From Candidatus Iainarchaeum sp. (GTDB taxonomy: Archaea > Iainarchaeota > Iainarchaeia > Iainarchaeales > JAAZKV01), in assembly GCA_026397015.1 (NCBI GenBank), contig JAPLVR010000002.1, positions 1-50,917 on the forward strand: 50,917 nt of DNA, in the 5' to 3' direction. The position numbers and the translations under genes are program-made. Below the pieces are notes generated by a model. It worked only from the letters and a program-made list of their open reading frames with translations. It was not told the origin of the DNA and ran no database searches. Positions 1 to 8,216 of this stretch are shown in pieces (within the stretch, counting starts at the first letter, position 1; each line of letters begins with the position of its first letter).

Positions 1-140
1 CACTCAGCAGACAAAAAACGCTTTGGCATAATACGCCAAAAAAAAGAAAACAGAATCATAACAACCATGTCAACCAGAATGACCCTACACAACTACATCA
101 CAACAATCCTACACCCAACCTAATTCTGTCCCAGAGTCCC
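1..140 (+). mobile_element. 3' end of an insertion sequence (C-terminus of a DDE transposase, truncated by the window edge)
   Basis: Frame 1 reads HSADKKRFGIIRQKKENRIITTMSTRMTLHNYITTILHPT* (stop 121-123). This resembles the S-x-D-K-x-x-F-G ... HN C-terminal region of archaeal DDE transposases. Composition is strongly A/C-skewed, unlike the flanks. Right end placed approximately, near CTGTCCCAGAGTC (126-138). Confidence 0.55.
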
Positions 141-190
141 CGAAAGCCAAATTCTTATATACTTGAAAAAACAATATTACAGCGTTTTCT

Positions 191-224
191 TTGCGCTGTC
201 AATGGTTCCTTGCGCTGTCAATGG
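191..224. repeat. Tandem 15-bp direct repeat TTGCGCTGTCAATGG
   Basis: Exact copies at 191-205 and 210-224. Confidence 0.85.
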
Positions 225-303
225 ATTTGCAGTTTGATGATGGTTTTGTTTGCTGGAGTGGTGCTGAAATGAAAATTGTTTGCAGGGGAAAAAGGGTGCT
301 GAA

Positions 304-1341
304 ATGAAAACTCTGGATGAAAAAGTCGAGGAGCTCGTAAAGGCAATCGACGCTTTGCACGAATCAATTGCGCATGAAAATTGGAAGGAAACGAACAGGC
401 AGGGCTTTGTTTTCGGGCTTGAAACCTATACAAAAAAATTAAAGGAGCTTTACTATGAATTTGCGGATATTGACAGGGAATTGAAGGGGCTGCTTGAAAA
501 AAATGTGCCCGATGTTTCGCAGTTTCTTTCCGAACTGCGGAGGGAAATAACAGTTTTCGATTCAAACTTGAAAATGGAGAAGAGCACCAAATTCAGGGAA
601 AACCTGATTAATGAAACCGAGCCGATGGAAGTTCCCGATCTTTATAGTTCGCTGCAGCACAAAATAATGACTCTTACGCTCAAAGCGCGCTATTCCGCCG
701 AAAGGATGAGGACATTTTTGCACATGCGCAAAACCCATTACTCAAAGAAGGGCGCCGCCGCAAAAAACCTGCTCGAGCTTCTTAACGAGAGGGAGGCCGA
801 GATTGCGGACCTTAAGCAGAAGCACCATGAATTAAAGAGAAAAAGTTTTCTCGGTTTCGTGCAGGAGAAAAACATTGCCGAAACTGAATCCGAGTTTGCA
901 AAAATGGACAAGGATTTGAATGCGGCGGTTCTTGAGGTGAATAATTCTTTGAAGATTCATTTTTCGCAGATGGCTTATGTCGAAGGAAGTTTTGCGCAGC
1001 TGAAAGAAAAAGTCGGGATGATTGAGGCAAAGTATGAAAACTTTTCAAAGAAGGCGCTTGAAGTTATTAAGGAATTGAAGAAGGAGAGGGATTATGCGAA
1101 AACGGTCGCCTTGGACGTTGAAAGCGAAACGCTCAAAATGAGGGGCGAATACACAAAGAGAATTATTTCAATGGAAGAGGACAAGCAGGCGCTGAAGGAA
1201 AAGGTGGCGGAAAAATATTCGAAGGAAATAAGCCGGTTGAAAAAAGATTTGGATGAAAGGGCGCAGACGATAAGGAAAATGAATTTGCTTATTGAAAAAC
1301 AGGAAGAAGAAATAAAGAATCTCAGAAAGGGTTCCAAGTAA
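304..1341 (+). CDS. Long coiled-coil protein, function unknown
   Basis: E/K-rich heptad pattern throughout, no ATPase motif; GGTG RBS before ATG 304. Confidence 0.75.
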   Translation: MKTLDEKVEELVKAIDALHESIAHENWKETNRQGFVFGLETYTKKLKELYYEFADIDRELKGLLEKNVPDVSQFLSELRREITVFDSNLKMEKSTKFRENLINETEPMEVPDLYSSLQHKIMTLTLKARYSAERMRTFLHMRKTHYSKKGAAAKNLLELLNEREAEIADLKQKHHELKRKSFLGFVQEKNIAETESEFAKMDKDLNAAVLEVNNSLKIHFSQMAYVEGSFAQLKEKVGMIEAKYENFSKKALEVIKELKKERDYAKTVALDVESETLKMRGEYTKRIISMEEDKQALKEKVAEKYSKEISRLKKDLDERAQTIRKMNLLIEKQEEEIKNLRKGSK

Positions 1342-1342
1342 T

Positions 1343-1759
1343 TTAAATCGAAAAATCCTTGTTTTCTGGCTCGAACCTTTCTTCGTTGAACAGGATTCCG
1401 ACTATTAAATCGGAGTATTGCTTTACCAGCGCTTCTTTCTGGTCGAGGTATTCCTCCTCGCCCAAATCGCCGTATTCATCGGTTGTAACAATCTTCAATA
1501 TTCTTGTTTTTGTCGCAATTTCCACATCGACCAACTTTTCTTTGATCATTTCCGCTTCTCCTTCATTTTCCGCAAAGCCGAATACAAAGATGAAGTCGCT
1601 TTCCTCCGCGCATTCCCTCGCCATCTCAGGCAGATCTTCCGCAAATGGAACGAAGCGCTTTTCGAGTTCCAAACCGGTTATTTTCTTTGAAAGGCTTTTT
1701 GCCAGTTCATCGAATATGTTCATCGGGCTTTCCTTGTTGCCTATAAGGGATATTTTCAT
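1343..1759 (-). CDS. Divergent archaeal riboflavin synthase (RibC) / lumazine-synthase-fold protein
   Basis: LEKRFVPFAEDLPEMARECAEESDFIFVFG and LVDVEIATKTRILKIVTTDE parallel the archaeal RibC segments R-x-TVPGIKDLP...EEEGCDIV.ALG and QLMTNKHIIEVFVHEDE. Confidence 0.5.
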   Translation of the reverse strand: MKISLIGNKESPMNIFDELAKSLSKKITGLELEKRFVPFAEDLPEMARECAEESDFIFVFGFAENEGEAEMIKEKLVDVEIATKTRILKIVTTDEYGDLGEEEYLDQKEALVKQYSDLIVGILFNEERFEPENKDFSI

Positions 1760-1795
1760 GATAAGATATTGAATGGATAGCTTTATAAAAAATAA

Positions 1796-3454
1796 ATGCC
1801 TAATAATAAAGAACGCAATTTGTACAAAATTTGGTTTAAGGTGTTTGTTTTGTTCGACCCGAAATACGACGAGCCCAATTATAATCCCGGCGGCGGCTAT
1901 TATGGCGATGACCAGCCGCAGGGCAATTCCATTTCCGTCGGCCCAGTAGTCAATTTGCTCAAGAAGTATAAAATGCTTATTATTGTCGGGGTAATAGGAA
2001 TTATTGCAATTGCATTGATAATGAACTGGCTCAACTCAAATCAGGATGTTACGATAACCGTCAGGGAGCTTGACACGGGGACAAAAATAATTTCCAACAT
2101 ATCGGTAAAGGACGAGTCAGGAACAAAAACAATAAAAACTTTTGCGGCACAGGATTCTGCGACAATAAATCTTCCTTATGGAAAATACCTTTTGACTGTT
2201 TCAAGCACGAGTACAGGGACATATAATACAATCACCAATGAGCCTCTTATTGTTCCAATTGATTCAACTGATTTGGTCAAAAAAACAAAGTCTATAATAC
2301 TGCACAGGGACAGGACGGCGGATGTTAAAATTTATATGGATGTTTTGGATTTGTATGGAACAAGGGACATTAACGGAACGGTTGAAATCACAAACACCGG
2401 CAAAAAGGACATTGTAAATACAAATTTAAAGGTTGTAAACGAGGACGCGAGTATAAATGAAGGCGATTTGGAAGTTAATTTTGCAGAGCAGGGAAACAAA
2501 TTTCCTCTAACTGTTTATCAGGGGTCAAGCCAGTCGGTGGCCTTTACCGTAAAGATGAATAAGGCGGTTTCGGCCGAAAAAAAGGTTAAATTAATGGTGA
2601 AGCTTGAGGGCATGGAAGCTTCCACCGAGAGCGGGAAAAACGGTGCGGAAAAGGAGCTCACTGCAAATCCTGCCTCAACATTAACTGTAACAACTTCGAA
2701 TGCGGTAAGCGCCAGGGCGCTTGAGAAAAAAACGATTGACGTTAAAATATCGAATACTGGCAAGTATGACGCGGACGAAATTTCAGTTGAATTGGTTGCC
2801 CAGCCCGGTTCAGAGGGCATGATAGACTGGTTTAGATTCATTTCTCCGGCAAGCGGAAAAAACACTCTTCAGATTGTCGATTCGCTGGCCAAGGGAAAAA
2901 ACACCGGCAAGGCGGTGCAGCTTTATTTCAATCCTCCTGTCGAGGCGGAGCAGGGCGACGAATTTTTTGGAACGATAATTGTGAGTTCCCCTTCGATTGC
3001 AAGTTCGATAGAAGTCGGCGTCAAGTACACTGTAAGTGAATCTGTTAAGAGGACAATTACGCTGAACGGAATAAGCAGCCCCGTTGAGGTAAAGTTTGAC
3101 AGCAAGGAAAATAAATATAATATTCTTGACAAGAAAGATATCACTTTGAAGAATACCGGCAATGTGGATGTGGAAAATGTTGTTTTCGCGCTCGATGCCG
3201 GGGGTCAGACAAACTTTTCGTGTGCGAATTGGGTTAAAATATTGGAAGCTGATCCGACAACCGGCGAACTTACGTTTAGCGAAATAGTGAAGGGCGGCTC
3301 TTCCATTCCCTTTACCATAAGAATAGAGATTGATTCGGAAGCAACTGAAAATGATCCGGGCGTATGCCATTTTTACTGGTCTGGAAACATAAAGGGCGAG
3401 TTATCAGAATTTGTCGGCGGCGACGCGGTAATAACTATAATTCCGAGAGATTAA
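1796..3454 (+). CDS. Membrane-anchored surface protein with several Ig/CARDB-like beta domains
   Basis: One TM helix (MLIIVGVIGIIAIALIM) and repeated I/L-x-N-T-G motifs (EITNTGK, KISNTGK, TLKNTGN). True start may be near 1850. Confidence 0.7.
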   Translation: MPNNKERNLYKIWFKVFVLFDPKYDEPNYNPGGGYYGDDQPQGNSISVGPVVNLLKKYKMLIIVGVIGIIAIALIMNWLNSNQDVTITVRELDTGTKIISNISVKDESGTKTIKTFAAQDSATINLPYGKYLLTVSSTSTGTYNTITNEPLIVPIDSTDLVKKTKSIILHRDRTADVKIYMDVLDLYGTRDINGTVEITNTGKKDIVNTNLKVVNEDASINEGDLEVNFAEQGNKFPLTVYQGSSQSVAFTVKMNKAVSAEKKVKLMVKLEGMEASTESGKNGAEKELTANPASTLTVTTSNAVSARALEKKTIDVKISNTGKYDADEISVELVAQPGSEGMIDWFRFISPASGKNTLQIVDSLAKGKNTGKAVQLYFNPPVEAEQGDEFFGTIIVSSPSIASSIEVGVKYTVSESVKRTITLNGISSPVEVKFDSKENKYNILDKKDITLKNTGNVDVENVVFALDAGGQTNFSCANWVKILEADPTTGELTFSEIVKGGSSIPFTIRIEIDSEATENDPGVCHFYWSGNIKGELSEFVGGDAVITIIPRD

Positions 3455-3509
3455 GGCAAATAAATAGGTTAACGGTATATCGAATTATTTTAAGCCCCTG
3501 AGGATTTTA

Positions 3510-4925
3510 TTAATTTGTTATACTTTTTAGCAATTTATCGAGTATAGTGTCTTTTTTATGTTCTTCACGAGTTAGAACTTCCAGATTTGACAACTCATTA
3601 TTTCTTTTGGCGAAGTCTTTGTGATGGACCTCATAAGAAATCCAAGGAAGTCGGTATATGTTTCTGTTTTTGTTGTAGATAAACTTTTTAGCATACCAGC
3701 GGTGAAAATATTCACCTGGTTGTCCTGGATGATTTAAGTTTTTTGCGAATGTTTCATATCCTTCTTCATTAATTATTACTTTGTAACCTTGTTTATTTAG
3801 CCGTGGCATATTATTTTCTATCTCCAGATTCAGTCGTTCTTTTTCGTTTTGTATTCTTTCCTTCTTTAATAATTTTGTGCTTTCAGATATCGAATTTTTA
3901 TCGTTTTCCATTTGAATTAGTCTTTTTCCCATTTTTTGAATCGCAGTCTCTTCTTTCTTTTTTAATTTAGCTTCTAAATCAGATTCTTTTGCCCCATATT
4001 CAGAATCTAACTTAGTTAATTGTTTTCTTTTTTGTTTTATGCTATTCTTAAGTTTTTCCAGCTCAGCATTAAATTGTCTTTCTTTATGTAAATTTTGAGT
4101 TATTTCTAAATCAATTATTCGCGCTTTTTCTTTAAGAATTTTTAGGTTAGTTTCTGCAAATTTGTTTTGTTGTTCAGCTTTTTGTTTTTTGTTGTCTAAG
4201 TAAAATTTGGCTAAAACTATTGAAATTGTTATAATTAAAATAACAATTATCCCGGTGAATGTCAAGACTCCTTCTCGTTCAGCTTTTTGTTTGGCAATCA
4301 AAGCAGCTTGATTGTCAAGAACATCTTGTTTAATTTTTTCTGATTCAGTTGAGCAAATTTCTTTAACACAAAACCCACTGCCGCATAGTGAATCAGAAGT
4401 GCATGTTGCTCCATCATTTAAGCAGTTTGTATCGCTTCCAGATGGGCATTTTTTACAGGTTGTATTTGATATTAATTCATATTTTTGGTAAGTAAAATTA
4501 TTGTCAACAAAACTAAAGGAGATATCCTCATATCCTTCAAATCTACAATAAGATGAGTCGTAGGATGTGTTAAGTCTATAGTAATCTCGGGGGTTGATAG
4601 AAAACGTTTGTTCCCTTTGATATTTTATGCCACTACCAGAACATATGCTAGACGGTGTCAGCCACCATTTATATTGCATTCTTACAGTTAAAAGAAAATC
4701 GGTTTCATTGTGTGTGTCAAAAGAATTATCTAAAAAATTATTAATATTGATCGCGCTTGATGTTGCAGGGGGGTATAAAGTAGTGATTAATTCATTAGTG
4801 TCTAATGAATAGACATTTTGAAAAGTTTGTTCAGATGGAACGCTTATGGCATACTGACAATCTAAGGAATAAACAAAAGATAAAAATAATAAAGTTGTTG
4901 CCGCCAGAAAGAGGGCTTTTTTCAT
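3510..4925 (-). CDS. Membrane-anchored HNH endonuclease (signal peptide, Cys-rich ectodomain, TM, coiled coil, C-terminal HNH)
   Basis: Signal MKKALFLAATTLLFLSFVYS; Cys cluster CLNDGATCTSDSLCGSGFCVKEIC; TM FTGIIVILIITISIVLA; coiled coil; HRW...YEVHHKDFAKRNNELSNLEVLTREEH (HNH_3 type). Confidence 0.8.
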   Translation of the reverse strand: MKKALFLAATTLLFLSFVYSLDCQYAISVPSEQTFQNVYSLDTNELITTLYPPATSSAININNFLDNSFDTHNETDFLLTVRMQYKWWLTPSSICSGSGIKYQREQTFSINPRDYYRLNTSYDSSYCRFEGYEDISFSFVDNNFTYQKYELISNTTCKKCPSGSDTNCLNDGATCTSDSLCGSGFCVKEICSTESEKIKQDVLDNQAALIAKQKAEREGVLTFTGIIVILIITISIVLAKFYLDNKKQKAEQQNKFAETNLKILKEKARIIDLEITQNLHKERQFNAELEKLKNSIKQKRKQLTKLDSEYGAKESDLEAKLKKKEETAIQKMGKRLIQMENDKNSISESTKLLKKERIQNEKERLNLEIENNMPRLNKQGYKVIINEEGYETFAKNLNHPGQPGEYFHRWYAKKFIYNKNRNIYRLPWISYEVHHKDFAKRNNELSNLEVLTREEHKKDTILDKLLKSITN

Positions 4926-5061
4926 AATACCATCAAGTTAATTTCTGCTTTTAATTGTTGTCATTTTACTTATTTTTTGATATTACTCGTTTAACAAACT
5001 GTTTCCAGAATTTGAGGGCATTGCTTCCTCAAGTATTTTGGGAATATAACAACTTACTAAA

Positions 5062-5227
5062 AGCCCCTGGAGGGAATCGAACCCTCGACATACTGCTAGT
5101 TCTCGCTTTTTTTAATTTTATCCCGAATTAATGAAAGTTTTTTTTCTTTGGGATAACGTAACACTTTCTTTTTCTAAAAGAAAGGGTCCGTTACGAAGCA
5201 GTTGCTCTACCGCTGAGCCACAGGGGC
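5062..5227 (-). tRNA. tRNA-Thr(CGT) with 94-nt intron at 37/38 (intron 5098-5191)
   Basis: 5' exon GCCCCTGTGGCTCAGCGGTAGAGCAACTGCTTCGTA (5227-5192); 3' exon AGCAGTATGTCGAGGGTTCGATTCCCTCCAGGGGCT (5097-5062); acceptor, D, anticodon and T stems all pair. Confidence 0.85.
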
Positions 5228-5317
5228 ATCTCATAAGTTACTTATTGGGATGATTTTTATTACTTTTCCCGCTTCCTTTTTATTTACAAAAGAGTATATA
5301 GGGCAGGTAGTGGTTTG

Positions 5318-6832
5318 ATGAAGAATGGGGCGCGTGAGGGTTTCCAGTTCGAGTTGGCGACTTACCTCGCGGACCAGGACTTCGTTTACGGTCCGGAGCC
5401 CGAGCTCTACACCCCGATAGCGGGTTTTTATTCTTACGGTTTGCTCGGAAAGGCCTTGAAGAACAAAGTAGAAGATAAGGTAAGAAAAGTTTTTGTGGAG
5501 CACGGTTTTTTCGAAGTAGAGTTTCCTCTTATAAGCCCTGAAATTATTTGGAAGGCTTCCGGCCATTTGGACGGTTTTAATGATTCCGTTATTTCCTGTT
5601 CAAAATGCAAATCATCTTTTCGCGCCGATAAATTGATTGAGGAGGAAACTGGAAAGGAAATTGCGGGCGCAAAAGACGAGGATTTGCTCGCCGCAATAAA
5701 AAGGAATGAAATCAAGTGCCCGAATTGCAAAGGAAGGCTGGAGTGGGAAATCACCAGGCACAGCCTGATGATGAAAACAATTATCGGCAGGGACATAGTT
5801 GTGTACAACAGGCCTGAGACCGCTACTACTACTTATCTTCCGTTCAAGCGCTACGTGCAATTCTTCAGGGGAAAACTTCCTTTCACGGTTTTTCAGATTG
5901 GAAAGGCTTTTAGGAATGAAATAAGCCCGAGGCAGCACCTGCTGAGGATGAGGGAATTTACCCAAGCAGAGGCGCAGATTTTTATCAGCAAGGATCAGAA
6001 GCAAAACTTTCCTCCTTTCAAAGAGGTCGAGAATGATTTGCTGCCTCTCTGGTCCGAGCAGCTTCAAAAATCGGACAAGGCTCCTGAATCGGTTTCGCTA
6101 AAGAATGCCTTGAAAAATAATTATTTGAAGAATCAGGCGTATGCGTGGGCCCTTCTCCTGGCATACAAAGTTTTTTTGGAGATGGGAATTCCAAAAGAAA
6201 AAATGAGGTTCAGGCAGCATCACAGCAATGAACGCGCTTTTTATGCGGATGACGCATGGGATTTGGAAATTGAATTGAATTCTTTCGGGTGGACGGAGTG
6301 TTGCGGCGTTCATGACAGAACAACCTATGACCTTTCCCAGCACGCGAAGTTTTCGAAACAAAAGCTTGTTGTCAGAACTGAAGACGGAAAAGAAATCGTT
6401 CCGGATGTGATTGAAATCGCTTTCGGTGTCGACAGGCCTTTTTATGCGCTTCTCGACCTCGCGTTTTTCAAAAGAAAGGATGATGATAAGAGAACTGTTC
6501 TTTCGTTGCCGCCCAGCATGGCGCCTGTAGATGTTGGTGTTTTTCCGCTGATTAAGAAAGACGGTCTGCCCGAGAAGGCGAAAGAGGTTTTGCAGGCATT
6601 AAAGGGCAGCGGCATAAGGACTTATTATGATGATTCCGGAAGTATCGGGAAGCGCTATTCGCGCCTCGACGCGGGTGGAATCCCTTTCTGCGTTACAATC
6701 GATCACGATACGTTGAAGGACAACGCAGTTACGATAAGGGAGCGCGATTCTTTGAAGCAGACAAGAGTGAAAATAAAGGATTTGCGCGGCACGCTTGAAA
6801 AATTTTTGGAAAAGGGGTTTTCGGAAAAATAA
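5318..6832 (+). CDS. glyS: Glycine--tRNA ligase (archaeal/eukaryotic alpha2 type)
   Basis: WKASGH, RPETA, FRNEISPRQ.LLRMREFTQAEAQ, GSIGKRYSR.D motifs. Confidence 0.96.
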   Translation: MKNGAREGFQFELATYLADQDFVYGPEPELYTPIAGFYSYGLLGKALKNKVEDKVRKVFVEHGFFEVEFPLISPEIIWKASGHLDGFNDSVISCSKCKSSFRADKLIEEETGKEIAGAKDEDLLAAIKRNEIKCPNCKGRLEWEITRHSLMMKTIIGRDIVVYNRPETATTTYLPFKRYVQFFRGKLPFTVFQIGKAFRNEISPRQHLLRMREFTQAEAQIFISKDQKQNFPPFKEVENDLLPLWSEQLQKSDKAPESVSLKNALKNNYLKNQAYAWALLLAYKVFLEMGIPKEKMRFRQHHSNERAFYADDAWDLEIELNSFGWTECCGVHDRTTYDLSQHAKFSKQKLVVRTEDGKEIVPDVIEIAFGVDRPFYALLDLAFFKRKDDDKRTVLSLPPSMAPVDVGVFPLIKKDGLPEKAKEVLQALKGSGIRTYYDDSGSIGKRYSRLDAGGIPFCVTIDHDTLKDNAVTIRERDSLKQTRVKIKDLRGTLEKFLEKGFSEK

Positions 6833-6853
6833 AAAAATTAATTTAGTTATTTT

Positions 6854-7492
6854 TTGGTGGTTGAAATGGAAAAAAGGGAAATTTTGAGGAAAAAATTGCT
6901 GCACCGCGCGCAGAAAAAGATTGAAGAGAAGTTCGCGCAGAAGGAGATTCACATAATCAAAGCGGTCAACCTGCTGGAGGACCTCGACTCGGCGTACAAT
7001 TTGCTCAATGAGGCGCTTTCGGATTGGAAAAGCAAGAATCCGGCTGAAAAATCCTTGGCGCAGGTCTCCGAACTTGAGAAGAGCGCTAATGCCTTAAAAG
7101 AAGAGAGGAAAAATTTGCAAATATTTATTGACGAGGCGATGAAAGAGGAGCTTCCGAATTTCGGCGCAATCGCCGGCGCAATAATCGGTGCGAAGATGCT
7201 TTCAGAAGCGGGCTCAAAAAAGGAACTTGCGTTTATGCCCTCTTCCACAATCCAGTTGTTGGGTGCGAGAAAAGCCCTGTTCAACCATTTGAAGGGAAAA
7301 GGGAAGTGCCCGAAGCACGGCTTCCTATTCAGCCATCCGCTCGTGCAGAAGCTTCCGAAGGAAAAGAGGGGAAAGGCCGCGCGCATAATTGCGGGAAAAC
7401 TTTCAATTGCGGCAAGAAAAGATTATTTTACTGGAAAGGAAGATTCAAAGGAGTCGTTAAAAGAAATCGCGGAAAAGCTTGCCCGAATATGA
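6854..7492 (+). CDS. nop5: Nop5 (Nop56/58) box C/D RNP protein, short form
   Basis: NOP domain LAFMPSSTIQLLGARKALF...PKHGFLFSHP...RGKAARIIAGKLSIAARKD; adjacent to fibrillarin. Confidence 0.9.
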   Translation: MVVEMEKREILRKKLLHRAQKKIEEKFAQKEIHIIKAVNLLEDLDSAYNLLNEALSDWKSKNPAEKSLAQVSELEKSANALKEERKNLQIFIDEAMKEELPNFGAIAGAIIGAKMLSEAGSKKELAFMPSSTIQLLGARKALFNHLKGKGKCPKHGFLFSHPLVQKLPKEKRGKAARIIAGKLSIAARKDYFTGKEDSKESLKEIAEKLARI

Positions 7493-7519
7493 AGAGTGCT
7501 CGGCGGAATTTTAATTTTT

Positions 7520-8197
7520 ATGAAAAAAGTTATTGAAAGCATGAAGAAATTATTCGAAGGAATTTATTCGGACGGCAAGGGCATTTACACCCAGAGCATC
7601 GTTCCGGGAAACAGGGTTTATGGCGAAAAAATCGTTTCGGAAAAGGGCGCCGAATACAGGGAGTGGAATCCTTTCCATTCAAAGTATTGTGCCGCGATAA
7701 AAAACGGGCTGGAAAAAAGCATTTTTTTTGAGGGCGCAAAAGTCCTTTACCTCGGCTCCGCCGAAGGGACAAGCGTCAGCCATGTTTCGGATATTGTCGG
7801 CGACCGCGGATTTGTTTTCGGGGTTGATATTTCCGAAACAGCGATGCAGAAACTCATAGACCTTTCTGAAATAAGGCATAATATTTTTCCAATAATAGGC
7901 GATGCGGAACAACCCGATGAGTACGCACCTTTTATCGAGGAGAAAGTCGACATTCTCTTTCAAGATGTTTCCCAGCGCAACCAGGCGGAAATTTTTGTAA
8001 AAAATGCCCGCTTCCTGAAAAAGGGGGGCTTTGGCGCCCTTACCCTTAAAACAAAAAGCATTTCGCAGTCAAAAAAAATGAAGGACATTCTTTCCGAGGA
8101 AAAGAAAAAACTGGCGGAAAGTTTTGAAGTGACTCAGGTGGTTTCGCTCGAGCCTTTCGAGGCAAGCCATTACCTGATTTTGGTGAAAAAGAAATGA
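7520..8197 (+). CDS. flpA: Fibrillarin-like rRNA/tRNA 2'-O-methyltransferase
   Basis: VYGEK, YREWNP, KVLYLGSAEGTSVSHVSDIV, DVSQRNQ; start at 7520 or 7541. Confidence 0.95.
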   Translation: MKKVIESMKKLFEGIYSDGKGIYTQSIVPGNRVYGEKIVSEKGAEYREWNPFHSKYCAAIKNGLEKSIFFEGAKVLYLGSAEGTSVSHVSDIVGDRGFVFGVDISETAMQKLIDLSEIRHNIFPIIGDAEQPDEYAPFIEEKVDILFQDVSQRNQAEIFVKNARFLKKGGFGALTLKTKSISQSKKMKDILSEEKKKLAESFEVTQVVSLEPFEASHYLILVKKK

Positions 8198-8216
8198 GTT
8201 GCGCGGTGAAAAAGAA

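Noticed and set aside
234-302. Second C/D sRNA candidate (TTGATGA ... CTGA)
   Set aside because: Box order and spacing do not fit; better explained by the RBS/start duplication.
304-1341. SMC/Rad50 or ESCRT-III assignment for the coiled-coil protein
   Set aside because: No Walker motifs, hinge or hook; a heptad pattern alone is not diagnostic.
5098-5191. Intron-encoded C/D guide RNA
   Set aside because: No RUGAUGA or CUGA boxes on the transcribed strand.
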